From Pelagomonas calceolata (lineage: Eukaryota), in NCBI GenBank assembly GCA_918797485.1, contig CAKKNE010000004.1, positions 3,782,001 through 3,846,000 of the forward strand: 64,000 nucleotides of DNA, in the 5' to 3' direction. Each line of letters opens with the position of its first letter. The stretch's first letter is position 1. Positions 61,889 to 64,000 of the stretch are shown piece by piece. A model generated the notes under the pieces. The model was given only the letters and a program-made list of their open reading frames with translations. It had not been told where the DNA came from and made no database searches. The position numbers were made by a program, and so were the translations under genes.

Positions 61889-63429
61889 TCAGATCAGCCC
61901 GTACGCCGACAGCGTCTGCTGCGCGCCGAGCAAACCGAGGCCGACGCCGAGCAGCGCCAGCATCAAACACCCGACGCGCCCGACCGCGCCGGCGTTCGGC
62001 CAGCGGATCATCGCCGGCAGCACGTAGACCACGAAGCCCCCGAGCAGCGACCCGGCCAGCCCCGCGGGCAGCCCGATGTCGCCCGCCGCGAGCGCGACCT
62101 GCGCCGTCAGCAACACCAAGCACAGCGACCCGAGCGTGCGCCGCGCGCCCCGCCGCTTCTGGAGCGACGTCTCCCACGCCGGCGGCAACAACCGCGTCGC
62201 GGAATCGTAAAAGCCGGAAAACACGAGCGGAAAGCCGAAGACGATCGACGCGCCCGTCGCGAGGCGCGCGACGCGGGCGAGCGCGTCGGACGCGCCGTAG
62301 TTGAGCAGCACGTTCGGGCCTGCGCGTTCGGGGGCGCGTCGACGGCGTCGAGGTGTGGCGCGTCGATGGCGTCGAGAGGAGCGTCGCGTCGCTGGCGTCG
62401 AGGTGGCGCCTCGGGCCGGACGCCATCGCCGCGCGAAGGCACAACACAGAAGGCACAAAAAAAGAAAGGACGCGGACGCGAACGCGCCGCGTCGCCGAAC
62501 GTCGCCTTGCCCGCCGCCATGACGCCCGCGTACAACGCGACGAGCACCGTGAACGACAGGAACGTGACCTGGCGGAAGCGCCGCCGCGCGCCGCCGTCGC
62601 CGCGCGCCAGCGACTCGGCGAGCGGCGGCGCGTTGTAGTGCGCGACGTAGGCCAACCCCAGGTTCGCGGACAGCACCAATGCTTTCGCCGAGACCCCGCA
62701 GCAGCCGCCTGTCGCCTCCGACGCCACGGCGCTCGCTCTGTGTATGCCATCCTCAGCATAAGTGCCGTCGACCGCTCGATACAAAATCGCAAAGGCCGTG
62801 AGGAAGACGGACGCGCAGCCCATCAACGAGAATTTTGCTAAAGTAGCCAAATCCAATTGACACAAAGGAAACAAGGCCAACAAAGCCACGGCGTAGACCG
62901 TGATTGATGGTGGAATATCTAGATATTTCTCCACCAGAGGCCCAAATACATCCCCGACGATGCCGTGGTAGATGACGGCAGCAGCACCGCAGAAGGCCGC
63001 GACGGAAGCGTCCACGGCCCAGGCGTTCGCGCCGACGGCTTCGGACCAGAGCGAGCGCACGTCGGACGCCTGGTAGCGCAACGCATCCTCACCCAACAAC
63101 AGGAACGACCCGCACGACACCGCCCCGAGGAAGGCCACGAGTCCTATGGCGGGGAGGTAGCCCGTGCCCGCGGCGCCCGCCGTCAGCGTCAAGAAGCCGC
63201 AGCCCGCCACGTTATTCACGAGGTTGAAGGACGCGCCCAGGACGTCCGTCCGCTTCTGCACGACGACGGCGCGCGGGTTGCGCGTGACCGTTTTTTTTGT
63301 GCTTCCTCCTCTTACGGTGAGCGCGCCATGTTGCGGGCGCAGGCTCCTCTTGAGGGGTGGGAGGGCGGCGACGCGTGCTATAGCTGCAATAGCTACATAG
63401 AGCACCAGCCTTGCACCGGTGCGCGGCAT
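61889..63429 (-). CDS. Amino acid transporter (SLC38/Aa_trans family) (join 63429..62484,62319..61889)
   Basis: ASFNLVNNVAGCGFLTL, AYVAHYNAP, spliced TFGDAARPNVLLNY, FPL; signal-like N-terminus. Confidence 0.85.
62320..62483 (-). mobile_element. GT-AG intron (164 nt) with several introner hairpin-arm remnants
   Basis: GCGTCGATGGCGT and ACGCCATCG arms; in-frame splice. Confidence 0.55.
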
Positions 63430-63779
63430 TGCTCCGTTTGCAATTCGCGCTGCTCGCTCGTTTCGAATGGCTTTTTTAGCAGTCTCTACAGCCTTGCAGC
63501 TGCAGCCTCCGACGCGCGCCGCGTCGTGTGATGGATTAGCTTGCAAACCCAAAGCCTCTCCGCCCACCCGAGCGGCCCTACGGTGGAGAGTCGCCCACCC
63601 GAAAGATCCCTCGGCCTTCGACGGATTGTCGTGTCTTCGAGACGGCTGACTCTCCGAGAGCGATTTGGCAGAGGCTGGTGACCAGGCACTCAAGGGCAAC
63701 CGGCTAAAACGCGATCGCTGCTGCAATCCACGTCCGTACGCATCGGTCACAGCACGTATTCTTCACCAACTTACATAAA

Positions 63780-64000
63780 ATGGCGAAACTCCTGGTCCTC
63801 GCCGCTTGCACGAGCGCCCTGGTGCAGCAGCCTGCAAGACGCATCAGCCGGCGCGCAATCAAAGTTCAGGCGCCCAACGCCATCGACGCGATGCTGTACC
63901 CGTAGCTGCGTCTGCTCGATGGCGTGGAGTTGTCGGGCCATCGACGCGACGTTGTCGCCGTCGACCGCGTCGGTTCGATGGCGTGGAGGTTCACTGGTTG
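63780..64000 (+). CDS. 5' end of a signal-peptide-bearing gene (exon 63780-63840), partial
   Basis: MAKLLVLAACTSALVQQPAR followed by an introner. Confidence 0.55.
63841..64000 (+). mobile_element. Introner (subfamily B, probable GC donor), runs off the window
   Basis: 63849-64000 aligns to the reverse complement of 25980-26178; the preceding 8 nt GCATCAGC are the predicted TSD. Confidence 0.8.

Overview
Gene-dense, very GC-rich eukaryotic nuclear DNA from a stramenopile alga. The fucoxanthin-chlorophyll LHC genes, short introns and introner-type elements point to a pelagophyte (Pelagomonas/Aureococcus-like; inference). About 40 protein-coding genes or fragments are supportable, including TOP3B, MAT1, a PERK-like kinase, a U2AF65-like factor, PCCA, calpain, a USP, SulP, ABC-F and two LHCs. 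Most other ORFs in the track are GC-rich shadow frames. Three things stand out. (1) A cryptic tRNA-Gln(UUG) gene at 61211-61366 is split by three non-canonical introns (tRNA positions 7/8, 15/16, 42/43), each with archaeal-type bulge-helix-bulge (BHB) junction geometry. (2) About 15 spliceosomal introns derive from one MITE-like introner lineage (8-bp TSD supplies a GT or GC donor, TIR supplies the CAG acceptor); they splice in either orientation and form an age series. (3) A bipartite CTAG-N11-15-CTAG motif recurs about 16 times, almost always upstream of start codons. All calls come from manual reading and translation; no database searches were run.
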